Origin: Candidatus Latescibacterota bacterium
Lineage (GTDB): Bacteria; Latescibacterota; UBA2968; UBA8231
Reading direction: 5' to 3'
DNA length: 64,000 nt
Assembly: GCA_964291625.2 (NCBI GenBank)
Contig: OZ220089.1
Span: 4,640,001-4,704,000 of the forward strand
Position numbers and translations under genes: made by a program. The notes under the pieces are model-generated. The model did no database searches and was not told the origin of the DNA. It worked only from the letters and a program-made list of their open reading frames with translations. Shown here in pieces: positions 17,867-26,613 of the stretch. Position 1 is the stretch's first letter. Each line of letters begins with the position of its first letter.

Positions 17867-19152
17867 ATGACGACGACGGCGGTGCAACTGGCGGTTCACG
17901 GAGGCCCGAGGACGCTGACGGCCGACGTGGGAGACCTCTTCACGTGGCCCATCGTCACGGAAGAGGACGAAGCGGCGGTCCTGGAGGTCCTGCGCCGGGG
18001 GGCGATGTCGGGGACCGATGTGACCCACCTCTTCGAGGCGGAGCTGGCCGACTGGTTCGCGGCGGAGCACGTCCTGTGTCACAACACCGGGACCTCCGCC
18101 ATCCACGCCGCCCTGTGGGCCGCTGGCGTGGGCCGGGGCGACGAGGTCATCAGCCAGAGCATGACCTTCTGGGGCTCGAGCCTGCAGCTCTACTCCCTCG
18201 GCGCGACCGTCGTCTTCGCCGAGATGGACCCTCTCACCCTCACCCTCGACCCGGACGACATCGAGCACCGGATCACCGAGCGCACCAAGGCGATCCTGCC
18301 CGTCCACTACTGCGGGCACCCCACCGACATGGACCCCATCCTGGAAATCGCCCGAAAGCACGGCCTCCGGGTCGTGGAGGATGTGTCCCATGCCCAGGGA
18401 GGGCTTTACAAGGGGCGGCTCCTGGGGACGATCGGCGACGTGGGAGCCATGTCGATCATGTCCGGCAAGTCCCTGGCCTGCGGCGAGGGGGGTTCCTGGT
18501 CACCGACGACGAGGAGATCTACGAGAGGGCCGCCGCCTTCGGCCACTACGAACGCACCTCGCGGCTGGGGCATCCGGAGCTGAAGCCGCTGGCCGGCCTG
18601 CCCCTCGGCGGCTGCAAGTACCGCATGCACCAGTTGTCCTCCGCCGTGGGCCGCGTCCAGCTCCGGCACTACCGAGACCGCATCGAGATCATCCAGGAGG
18701 CGATGAACCACTTCTGGGACCGTCTCGAGGGAACCCCGGGGATCCGCCCCCACCGCCCGGCCGTCGGCTCCGGCAGCACCATGGGCGGCTGGTACGCCGC
18801 AAGGGGTCTCTACCTTCCCGAGGAACTCGGGGGTCTTCCGGTGGCCGCCTTCTGCAAGGCGGTGAGCGCCGAGATCGAGGGGGGCGGATTCAGCGTCTCA
18901 CCAGGAGCCAACATCCTGCTGCACCTGCATCCCGTGCTCAACGAGGCCGACGTGTACGGCGACGGCAAGCCGACACGGATCGCCTTTGCCGACCGCGACC
19001 TGCGCCAGCCGCAAGGGAGCCTGCCGGTGACCGAGAGCCTGCCCGCCCGCTGCTACTCCATCCCCTGGTTCAAGCACAACCGGACCGAGGTGATCGATCA
19101 GTTCGCCGACGCCTTCCGCAAGGTCGCCGAGAACGCGGACCAGTTGGCGTGA
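17867..19152 (+). CDS. DegT/DnrJ/EryC1/StrS PLP-dependent aminotransferase, one frameshift at G6 run 18487-18492
   Basis: TGTSAIH, KAILPVHYCG, EDVSHAQG, SGKSLACGEGG, then continues in another frame (FLVTDDEE...KYRM). Confidence 0.85.
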
Positions 19153-19976
19153 CCGGGGCGAAGGACGGTCCCCTCGGCGCCCGCCTCTTCGGGTACGGGA
19201 TCCTCTACCGCGCCCGCCTGAGGGGCGAGGACGCCTCCGCCGCCTGCGATCCGCTGCCCGCGGACCCGGTCGAAGAAGCACGGGCCCTGGCCGATGAGTT
19301 GCGCTGCCACCTGGAGGGTGGTACCTCCGGCACGGGCGAGACCCAGGACGAAGTCGGCCTCTCCGTGCCCTTCGGACGCTGTGGCATCGACGGCCGTCCT
19401 CTCGAGCACGTCCGCCTGTACCACGCGGCCCGGGCCTTCGTCGACGTCCTGACCCCGCGGGCGGCGGCTTCCCGGCCGGTAGAGGAGGGCCGTGCGGTTC
19501 TCGTCTCCCCCGGGTCGGTGGTGCGCTTCCGCGCCGTTCCGCGGCCCGGACACCGCGTGCTGGTGGCATTCCAGACCGAGGACCGCACACCGCTCCACGG
19601 GCATGCGGCGCCGCTGACGAGAGCGGGGGAGCCGCCTCCCGCAGCGGCGGAGGAGCGCCTGCGCCGAACCACCGAGGCCTTCGCGGAGCTGTGGAAGTCG
19701 GACCGGCGATCCGGCCTCGAGTCCTTCTTCAGCGGGATGGCCGCGGCCGTCGCGGAAGACCCCCGGGTCGAGGCCGCGCGCCAGGCCGCGCGGGCCTCCG
19801 GCAGCTACGGGGCGGGCGCCGATCCGGCCCTCTTCGATCGCGCCCAGGCTCTGCTGACCCCCGGCGTCCTGGAGCGGATCGCCGGCGGGGAGGAACCGCT
19901 GTTCCGGTTTCCCGGCATGTTCGGCGCCGTGGCGCCCTTGTTTCCGCTCCTCGACGGAGGGGTTGGCGGCCCCTGA
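19149..19976 (+). CDS. hypothetical protein, possibly degenerate cupin-like
   Basis: GTG overlapping upstream stop; PGSVVRF...RVLVAFQ resembles cupin motif 2 without metal-binding histidines. Confidence 0.5.
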   Translation: MTGAKDGPLGARLFGYGILYRARLRGEDASAACDPLPADPVEEARALADELRCHLEGGTSGTGETQDEVGLSVPFGRCGIDGRPLEHVRLYHAARAFVDVLTPRAAASRPVEEGRAVLVSPGSVVRFRAVPRPGHRVLVAFQTEDRTPLHGHAAPLTRAGEPPPAAAEERLRRTTEAFAELWKSDRRSGLESFFSGMAAAVAEDPRVEAARQAARASGSYGAGADPALFDRAQALLTPGVLERIAGGEEPLFRFPGMFGAVAPLFPLLDGGVGGP

Positions 19977-19992
19977 AGGAAAGAGGCATGAG

Positions 19993-20715
19993 ATGGCACA
20001 GGGACTGAAGGACAAGATCCGCTCCGGGCAGCGGACCATCGGGTTCAGCGCTCCGGTGACGGCTACCGTCGAGCAGCTGACGCGGGCCCGGGAGGAACAC
20101 GGTCCGTACGACTTCGTGGCCACGGACAGCCAGCACTCCCCCTTGAGCGAGCCCGCCCTCGTCGAGTTCTGCGACCGCGCCGACGAGGCCGGCCTCCCCG
20201 TGCGCCTGCGCATCAAGCACACGAGCCACACCTGCCTGATCGGCAACCTCCTCGACCTCGGGCCCACCGGCATCGAGGTGCCCCAGGTAGAGAGCCTGGA
20301 GACGGCGCGCGAGGCCGAGGAGAGCATGTACTACCCGCCGCGAGGCAGGCGCAGCGTCGGGGGCGGGGCCCGCCGCCGGGTGCAGGACTTCGCCGACAGT
20401 CGGGAGTACGCGGACTGGTGGAACGAGAACGGCGTCCTCTGGCTCCAGATCGAATCCCTGAATGCCGTCCTCCACGCCCACAGCTTCGCCCTGCCCGGCG
20501 TCGACTGCTTCTCCTTCGGGCCCACGGACCTGACTTTCGACATCGAGACCCATCCCAACCCCCCGTACCGCCGGCTGGAGGACTGCGTGGAGGCGGTGGC
20601 GCGCAGCGTCGAGGGCTCGCAGACGGCGCTGTGCTACCGCAACGGCACCCCCGACACCCGCCGGCACTGGGCCGATCTGGGGGTATCGGTCTTCCTCGAG
20701 CGGTCCCCGGTCTGA
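19993..20715 (+). CDS. HpcH/HpaI aldolase family protein
   Basis: DSQH, LDLGPTGIEVP, YYPPRGRRS, QIES, GPTDL. Confidence 0.85.
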   Translation: MAQGLKDKIRSGQRTIGFSAPVTATVEQLTRAREEHGPYDFVATDSQHSPLSEPALVEFCDRADEAGLPVRLRIKHTSHTCLIGNLLDLGPTGIEVPQVESLETAREAEESMYYPPRGRRSVGGGARRRVQDFADSREYADWWNENGVLWLQIESLNAVLHAHSFALPGVDCFSFGPTDLTFDIETHPNPPYRRLEDCVEAVARSVEGSQTALCYRNGTPDTRRHWADLGVSVFLERSPV

Positions 20716-20746
20716 GGGCCCTTGCCCGAGCATGGGGAGAGCTGTC

Positions 20747-21379
20747 ATGACCCGTCGTCACCGGAGTCTCCTCGCCGCGGCGCTGGCATGTTGCGCCGGT
20801 TCGGCCGTCCCTTCGCAGTCGGACGTGGGGGCCTTCATCGCCGTCGTCGAGTTCGACGACGCGGCGAACCTGCAGACGGCCCCGGGATTCGGTCTGCGCT
20901 GGGGGCGGTCGAGCGGGACCCTTGGCGCCGAGACCTCCCTGATGGTCTCACGCCCCGACCGCAAGGTGGCGACGGGTCTCTTCAGCACCAGCGAGTCGGC
21001 CACGGCCATCTTCTACGAAGGGCGGCTCTTACTCAACCTGCCGGCGGGCACGATCCGGCCCTTCCTCAGCGCCGGGTACGGAGCGGTCACCATCCTGCCC
21101 GGAGATCTCGAGAGTCCCCTTGCCAGCGAAGACGACCGGCAGACGCTGGCGTCGCTCTCGGAGATCGAGACCAGCCACGCCTTCTCGTACGGAGTCGGAA
21201 CTCGCTGGTCTCTCGACGATCGCCTCGACATCCGCCTCGATCTGCGCCAGTACCAGGTGTTCTCCGTCACCGGTGCCGTGGTGGAGAGGGTGGCGGGGGA
21301 GGCCGCCGGCGCCCTCGTGCAGCGGCAGGGCCGGGTCACCAACGGAGAGTTGTCGGCGGGCATCCTGTTCCGCTTGTGA
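20747..21379 (+). CDS. outer-membrane beta-barrel protein
   Basis: Signal peptide, alternating beta strands (RPFLSAGYG, YGVGTRW), C-terminal ILFRL. Confidence 0.75.
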   Translation: MTRRHRSLLAAALACCAGSAVPSQSDVGAFIAVVEFDDAANLQTAPGFGLRWGRSSGTLGAETSLMVSRPDRKVATGLFSTSESATAIFYEGRLLLNLPAGTIRPFLSAGYGAVTILPGDLESPLASEDDRQTLASLSEIETSHAFSYGVGTRWSLDDRLDIRLDLRQYQVFSVTGAVVERVAGEAAGALVQRQGRVTNGELSAGILFRL

Positions 21380-21433
21380 CCGCGCCGGCGTGCACCGAGG
21401 GCAGGCCTGGCACGGGATGACACGGAGGCTCAG

Positions 21434-22066
21434 ATGAAGAAGCGATCAGGAGGGCTGGCGCAGTGCGTCGTGTGGGCGGCCTGGCTGGCCGCCGCCTGCG
21501 GCCAGAACTACAGCGACAAGCCGGCCGCCGAGGCCCTGGCGGAGAGGAACCTGACCCCCCTCGAGGAGCTGCCCTCCGCCTCTCCTCCGGAGGCGGGAGA
21601 GTCGCCGGTCCAGACCCTGGACGGCGGGGTGACGATCCGGGTCCCGGAGTCCTGGCAGCGGGTGCCGCCGAGCAGTTCAATGCGAATCGCGGAGTACGCC
21701 GCTCCTTTCCCCGAGGGAGGCGAGGGGGCGACCCTGGCGGTCTTCAAGGGGAACATGGGCACCGTCGACGCCAACGTGCGGCGCTGGTTCGGCCAGTTCA
21801 GCCAGCCCGACGGCAGCCCCGCCCGGGGCCGAAGCTGGACCGTGGAGACCGAGGGCGGACTGCGGGCGACGATGGTGGACGTGAGCGGCACCTTCCGCGA
21901 CGGCATGGGCATGGGCGATGCCCCTGTCCGCGAGGGATACCGCATGCTCGGCGCCATCCTCGGGGCCGGAGGCACCACCTGGTATCTCAAGTTCACCGGG
22001 CCCGCCGGGGCCGTGTCGGCCCACGAGGAGGGATTCGACAGCCTGGTGCGCAGCATGAGGAACTGA
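21434..22066 (+). CDS. putative lipoprotein
   Basis: Lipobox-like AAAC; VPESW, MRIAEY, NVRRWFGQF, YLKFTGP. Confidence 0.7.
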   Translation: MKKRSGGLAQCVVWAAWLAAACGQNYSDKPAAEALAERNLTPLEELPSASPPEAGESPVQTLDGGVTIRVPESWQRVPPSSSMRIAEYAAPFPEGGEGATLAVFKGNMGTVDANVRRWFGQFSQPDGSPARGRSWTVETEGGLRATMVDVSGTFRDGMGMGDAPVREGYRMLGAILGAGGTTWYLKFTGPAGAVSAHEEGFDSLVRSMRN

Positions 22067-22068
22067 TC

Positions 22069-22917
22069 ATGGACGGGTACACGCATCTGGAGGACGAGTT
22101 CGGCGATGTCGTCGGCAAGGCCCGCCGCGGCCAGGAACGGTCCGTGCAGGAGGTGGCGGAGAGGACGGGGATCGCCGCCGCGGACCTCGAGCGCCTCGAG
22201 GTCTGCGAGTGGATTCCCGACGGGAGGGTCGTGGAGAGACTCGCCGACGCCCTCTCCCTCCACGGCGGCAGGCTGCGGGCCAGCGCCGAGGCCGCCTACT
22301 TTCCCGCCAATCCCCTGGGCGTGCCGGGGGAGGCCCTCGACGTGAGGATGCTGATACTCGGCGACGACTTCCTGATGAACGGCTACGTCGCCGCCTGCCG
22401 CCGCACCGGCGAGGCGGCCATCGTCGATCCCGGGTTCCAGGGGGACCGGCTGCTGGCGGCGGCGGCGCAGTCGGGGGCGCGGGTGAGGCAGGTCTGGCTC
22501 ACCCACGGCCATGCCGATCACGTGGGCGATCTGCCCCTCGTCCTCGGCGCCACGGGCGCCAGCGCCGCCATCGGCGCGGAGGACCTCGCCCTCACCGGGG
22601 GCCTGGCAGCAAGGATCGAGGGGCGACTGGAGCCGGGGGGCCGCGTCGCTCTCGGCGAGCAGAGCTTCACCGTGGCGCGCACACCGGGGCACACCCCCGG
22701 CGGCGTGTCGCTGATCCACGAGCAGGCCGCCTTCGTCGGCGACGCCCTCTTCGCCGGGTCTCTCGGCGGGACCCGGCGGCGGGTGGACTACGACGGGCAG
22801 CGCCGGGCGGTGCGGCGCGAGCTGCTGTCGCTGCCGCCAGAGACCATCCTCTACCCCGGGCACGGTCCGGCGACCACCGTGGAAGAGGAACGGCGGAACA
22901 ACCCGTTCTTCGACTAG
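22069..22917 (+). CDS. XRE-type HTH fused to metallo-beta-lactamase-fold (glyoxalase II-like) hydrolase
   Basis: N-terminal HTH (QEVAERTGIAAADLERLE); THGHADH, TPGHTPG, GDALF, YPGHG. Confidence 0.85.
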   Translation: MDGYTHLEDEFGDVVGKARRGQERSVQEVAERTGIAAADLERLEVCEWIPDGRVVERLADALSLHGGRLRASAEAAYFPANPLGVPGEALDVRMLILGDDFLMNGYVAACRRTGEAAIVDPGFQGDRLLAAAAQSGARVRQVWLTHGHADHVGDLPLVLGATGASAAIGAEDLALTGGLAARIEGRLEPGGRVALGEQSFTVARTPGHTPGGVSLIHEQAAFVGDALFAGSLGGTRRRVDYDGQRRAVRRELLSLPPETILYPGHGPATTVEEERRNNPFFD

Positions 22918-23726
22918 CCCCCGCCCGGCGGCTGGCGGTTCAGCCTCCAGTCGTACTCCACGAAGTCGATGGGGACCTCCCCGGCCGAACGCAGGGTCCG
23001 GGCCTGCTCCCGGGGCAGGTAGAGGAGCAGGTAGTCGAGGAGGGTGGGGTCCGAAGGCGGGTCTTTCAGACGATGGCGAGGGAACCACTCCACGAAGTCC
23101 GCTCCGTACCAGTCCATGATGCTCGACAGGCGGAGACGGCCATCTTCCAGCTTCAGGTGCGCCGGATCCAGGGCGAAGCGTCGAGTCTGGCGTTCCAGGT
23201 GCTCGTCGAGATCCGCGGCGGCGTAGGCCCGGGAATCCAGGGCGGGGCAGCTCACGGCGGCGCAGTTGACGGCGAAGTGGATGCGCGGATCCCGGTAGCG
23301 GGGCCGGATGATGGTGTGCTCGATCTCGTCGAGGCTCAGGGAATCCCCGCCGGCGACGAACCGGCGGACCCGGAAGAAACCCTCGAGCCCGCCCTCGGCC
23401 TCCTCGACGCTGTCGATGGGGAGGGAATCGAGGACACCGCGCAGCACGAAGGCGTTGTAGGCGTTGATCCAGTAGGCGAGAGCGTCCGCCTCGGAGGGGA
23501 AACGCTCGGGGCCGCTCTCCGGGCTGCAGGCGGCGAGAGCTGCGAGGTAGCGGTCGAGGCGGTGAGGGTTCCGGGCCAGGCCGGAATAGTCGACCCGGCC
23601 GCGGTCGTCGACCCGGTCCGCCAGCAGGCTGTCCAGCAGGCCATGCGAAAAGGGCTCGACGTCGGCTCGGGCCGGGATGGCCAGGAGCAGCAGTCCGGCC
23701 ACGGTGCGGGCACCTGCGTATGTCAT
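22914..23726 (-). CDS. DUF547-family exported protein
   Basis: Signal peptide, GRVDY, LAYWINAYNA, DPRIHFAVNCAAVSCP, DWYGADF, YDWRLN. Confidence 0.85.
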   Translation of the reverse strand: MTYAGARTVAGLLLLAIPARADVEPFSHGLLDSLLADRVDDRGRVDYSGLARNPHRLDRYLAALAACSPESGPERFPSEADALAYWINAYNAFVLRGVLDSLPIDSVEEAEGGLEGFFRVRRFVAGGDSLSLDEIEHTIIRPRYRDPRIHFAVNCAAVSCPALDSRAYAAADLDEHLERQTRRFALDPAHLKLEDGRLRLSSIMDWYGADFVEWFPRHRLKDPPSDPTLLDYLLLYLPREQARTLRSAGEVPIDFVEYDWRLNRQPPGGG

Positions 23727-23815
23727 GGGCGGAATCCCCTCCGGAGGCGGTGTCGGCGGCCCGTCAACAGCCGCCAAGGATCGGTCAGGGGGCGGCCGAG
23801 CGCCATCCTCCACCC

Positions 23816-26002
23816 ATGACGCCGAGCGCGTCGATTCGGTTGCGCGGGGTCCGCGAAGCCACGCTGGCCGGGGCGGACGTGACGATCCCCCTGGGCCGGA
23901 TCGTCTGTCTCTCGGGAGCCATGGGCGCAGGCGTGGAGGCCCTGGCCCACCGGGTCCTGCTGGCCGAGAGCCGGCGTCGCTACCTGTTGTCCATGTCTCC
24001 CTTCGAGCGGGCGCGACTCGGCGGTGTCGGGGTGGCCGCGGCGGTCGACGATATCGAGGGACTGCCGCCTGCCCAGGCCCTGCCCGCCCCGGCAGGCGAG
24101 CAGACCGTGGGTACGCGGTTGCACCTGCCCGGCGATCTCTCCAGGCTCGTCCGCGGCCTCTCGGAGATCCGCTGCACCGGCTGCGGAGGCCGCTGCGCCT
24201 CCCTGGACGAAGAGGGGGTCGCCGGCCTGCTGGAGGAGTGTTTCCCCGGCCAGACGGTCTGGTTCGTGGCGCCGGTGGAGCTGGAGGACGCCGCAGCCCG
24301 GCCCGGGGTTATCGACGAGCTGGCCCGCGCCGGGTTCCGCCGTCTGCGCATCGGGACCCGTCTCCACCGACTCGACGAGGTCGACGAGCAAACCCTCCCG
24401 GGGGGGGGCCTCGAGGTCGTCGTCGATCGCCTCGCGCCCGGGGCGGCGCGGACCCGGGCCCGCGTGGGGGAGGCGGTGCGCAACGCCCGGGCCCTCGCCG
24501 GCGGCGCGAGTCTGCTCGTCGGCGAGGAGGACGGCCTGGAGGTCTGGACGGGGACGCGCCTGACCTGCGGACGCTGCGGAGCCGAGTCCGAGGAGCCGGA
24601 CTGGGAGCGGGTGATCGGCGGGGAGGAGGACGGCCGCCAGCCCATCGAGCTGAAGGGCCGGCCCCTCGGCGACTGGGCCCGGGAGGCGCGGCTCCGGCAG
24701 GTGGCCGATCTGGCGGAGGAGGCGGAGCCGAGCTGGCCCGAGCCGGCCGGCCGCCTGTTGCGAGCCCTTGCAGGGGCCGTCGATCTCGGACTGGAAGAGC
24801 TTCCCCTGGCCAGGCCCGTGGCCGACCTGTCCCACGGGGAGCAGCTGCTCCTGGGACTGGCCGCCGCCCTTGCCGATGGCCTGAGCGGCATCCTGCATGT
24901 GGTGCTGTCCCCGCCTTCCGCCGTCGATCCGTCGACGCGCGACAGGGCGGTCTGCGGGCTACGCCGTCTCGTGGAGCGCGGAAACTCGGTGGTGGTCGTC
25001 GATGGCCATCCAACCGCGGGCGAGTGGGCCGACGAGGTGATCCACATCGGTCCCGTGCCCTCGGGTCCGGCCGCGGCGGTCCGGGGGGCCGTCCGCCCGC
25101 CCGCCGCCCATGGGGCACTGGATCTGGTGGTGGAGGAGGCGCCCTCCGGGTGCGATCCGGGTCCGGTGCCGCCGGGGCCGGAGCTGTGCCTCCCTCTGGG
25201 TCGGCTGGCGCTGCTCGCCGGCCCCACCGGCTCGGGAAAGACCGCCCTCCTTCGCCTGATCGGCAGGGCCCTGTCTCCCGGGCGGGGTGTCCCGGTGCGG
25301 CCGGTTCGGGCGCCGGCGGTGCGGCGCTGCGTCGACATCGGCGCCGAGGCTCGCTCGCCGGCGGGGGAGCAGGCCGTGCTCATGGACCGGCTCGGTGCCA
25401 TGCGCCCCCTGGCGCGGCTGCTGGCCCGGGGGCCGGCGGCCAGGGAGCTCGGTCTCGAGCCCCGGAGCTTTCTCCTCCATCGGCCGGGCGGCCGCTGCAG
25501 CCACTGCGAGGGGGCCGGCGTGGTGCGGCACCGGCTGGAGGTGATGGAGGACTTCGCCGCCACCTGCCCCCGTTGCGAGGGCCGGCGTTTCGGCGAAGAG
25601 GTCCTTCAGGTCACCGGGCGAGGCGTGAACGTGGCGGAGGTCCTGGCCATGACCGTCGAGGAGGGCGCCGCCCACTTCAGGAGGGAGCGCGGCGTGCACG
25701 ACCCCCTCGCGGCGGCGGTACGCAACGGTCTGGCCGGGCGCCGGCTGGGGGAGGGGGTCGACGGGCTCGAAGAGGCGGAGCGTCTGCTGGCCCGGCTCGC
25801 CTGCCACGCGGTGAGGGCGCGGGAGGACGAGCTGCTCCTGTTCGATCGTCCCTCGGCGGGTTGCCGGCCGGAGACGGCGGCGAGGGTTGCCGAGGCCTTG
25901 CTGGCCATCGCCTCCCGAGGGGTCAGCATCCTGGTGGCCGATGCCTCGGGGGATCTCGAGGCCGTGGCGGACTCCGTGGCAAGGCTCCCGGGGGCTCCTT
26001 GA
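23816..26002 (+). CDS. UvrA-like ABC protein with degenerate ATPase motifs
   Basis: UvrA architecture (AESRRRYLLSMSPFER, GLPPA, TVGT, CxxC fingers, CPRCEGRRF, VAEVLAMTVEE) but altered Walker A1, signature and Walker B motifs. Confidence 0.8.
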   Translation: MTPSASIRLRGVREATLAGADVTIPLGRIVCLSGAMGAGVEALAHRVLLAESRRRYLLSMSPFERARLGGVGVAAAVDDIEGLPPAQALPAPAGEQTVGTRLHLPGDLSRLVRGLSEIRCTGCGGRCASLDEEGVAGLLEECFPGQTVWFVAPVELEDAAARPGVIDELARAGFRRLRIGTRLHRLDEVDEQTLPGGGLEVVVDRLAPGAARTRARVGEAVRNARALAGGASLLVGEEDGLEVWTGTRLTCGRCGAESEEPDWERVIGGEEDGRQPIELKGRPLGDWAREARLRQVADLAEEAEPSWPEPAGRLLRALAGAVDLGLEELPLARPVADLSHGEQLLLGLAAALADGLSGILHVVLSPPSAVDPSTRDRAVCGLRRLVERGNSVVVVDGHPTAGEWADEVIHIGPVPSGPAAAVRGAVRPPAAHGALDLVVEEAPSGCDPGPVPPGPELCLPLGRLALLAGPTGSGKTALLRLIGRALSPGRGVPVRPVRAPAVRRCVDIGAEARSPAGEQAVLMDRLGAMRPLARLLARGPAARELGLEPRSFLLHRPGGRCSHCEGAGVVRHRLEVMEDFAATCPRCEGRRFGEEVLQVTGRGVNVAEVLAMTVEEGAAHFRRERGVHDPLAAAVRNGLAGRRLGEGVDGLEEAERLLARLACHAVRAREDELLLFDRPSAGCRPETAARVAEALLAIASRGVSILVADASGDLEAVADSVARLPGAP

Positions 26003-26026
26003 CGCTTGGAGGGGGCGCCGTACATT
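25999..26026 (+). promoter_or_regulatory. probable sigma70 promoter of the CBS-korAB operon
   Basis: TTGACG-16 bp-TACATT. Confidence 0.55.
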
Positions 26027-26047
26027 CTTGCGGTTGTTGATTTTACC

Positions 26048-26085
26048 GTCGATCCCCCCTCGGACTGTCGATCCCCCCTGGGACT
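26048..26085 (+). repeat. 19-bp tandem duplication GTCGATCCCCCCT(C/G)GGACT
   Basis: Two copies with one mismatch, ending just before ATG 26087. Confidence 0.85.
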
Positions 26086-26086
26086 G

Positions 26087-26557
26087 ATGAATCTGGTCGA
26101 AGACCTGCGCGACGAGCGGATCTCCCACCTCGATCTGAGCGGATCCGTTCAGGTTTCGGGCGATCCCGCGGTTGCCGAAGTCCTGGCCGCCATGCGCGAA
26201 GCCCGGGCGAGCGCGGCTCTCATCGTGGGGGACGAGGGCCGTCTCGAAGGGATCTTCACCGAACGGGACGTCCTCCTGAAGGTGGCCGACGCCCCGGCCC
26301 GCCTGAAGGTCCCCGTGCGCGAGCTCATGACGCCCGACCCGCAGACCGTCTCTCCCGACGATACAGCCGGCCACGCCCTGCACTTCATGCGCGCGGGACA
26401 CTACCGCAACGTACCCGTCCTCGACGCCGATGGCCGCGTGGTGGGAAATCTCAGCCAGCACGGCATCATCCGTTTCCTCACCGATCACTTTCCCCGTGAG
26501 GTCTACAACCTCCCTCCCGATCCGGAGTTGATTGCGCGCACCCGGGAGGGAGCCTGA
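26087..26557 (+). CDS. CBS-domain pair protein
   Basis: GIFTERD, LMTPDP, YRNVPVLD. Confidence 0.9.
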   Translation: MNLVEDLRDERISHLDLSGSVQVSGDPAVAEVLAAMREARASAALIVGDEGRLEGIFTERDVLLKVADAPARLKVPVRELMTPDPQTVSPDDTAGHALHFMRAGHYRNVPVLDADGRVVGNLSQHGIIRFLTDHFPREVYNLPPDPELIARTREGA

Positions 26558-26613
26558 CAACCCGTGGCTCCCCAAGGCCCGCGAACCATCCCCGCCCAGC
26601 AGGAGGACCTTTG

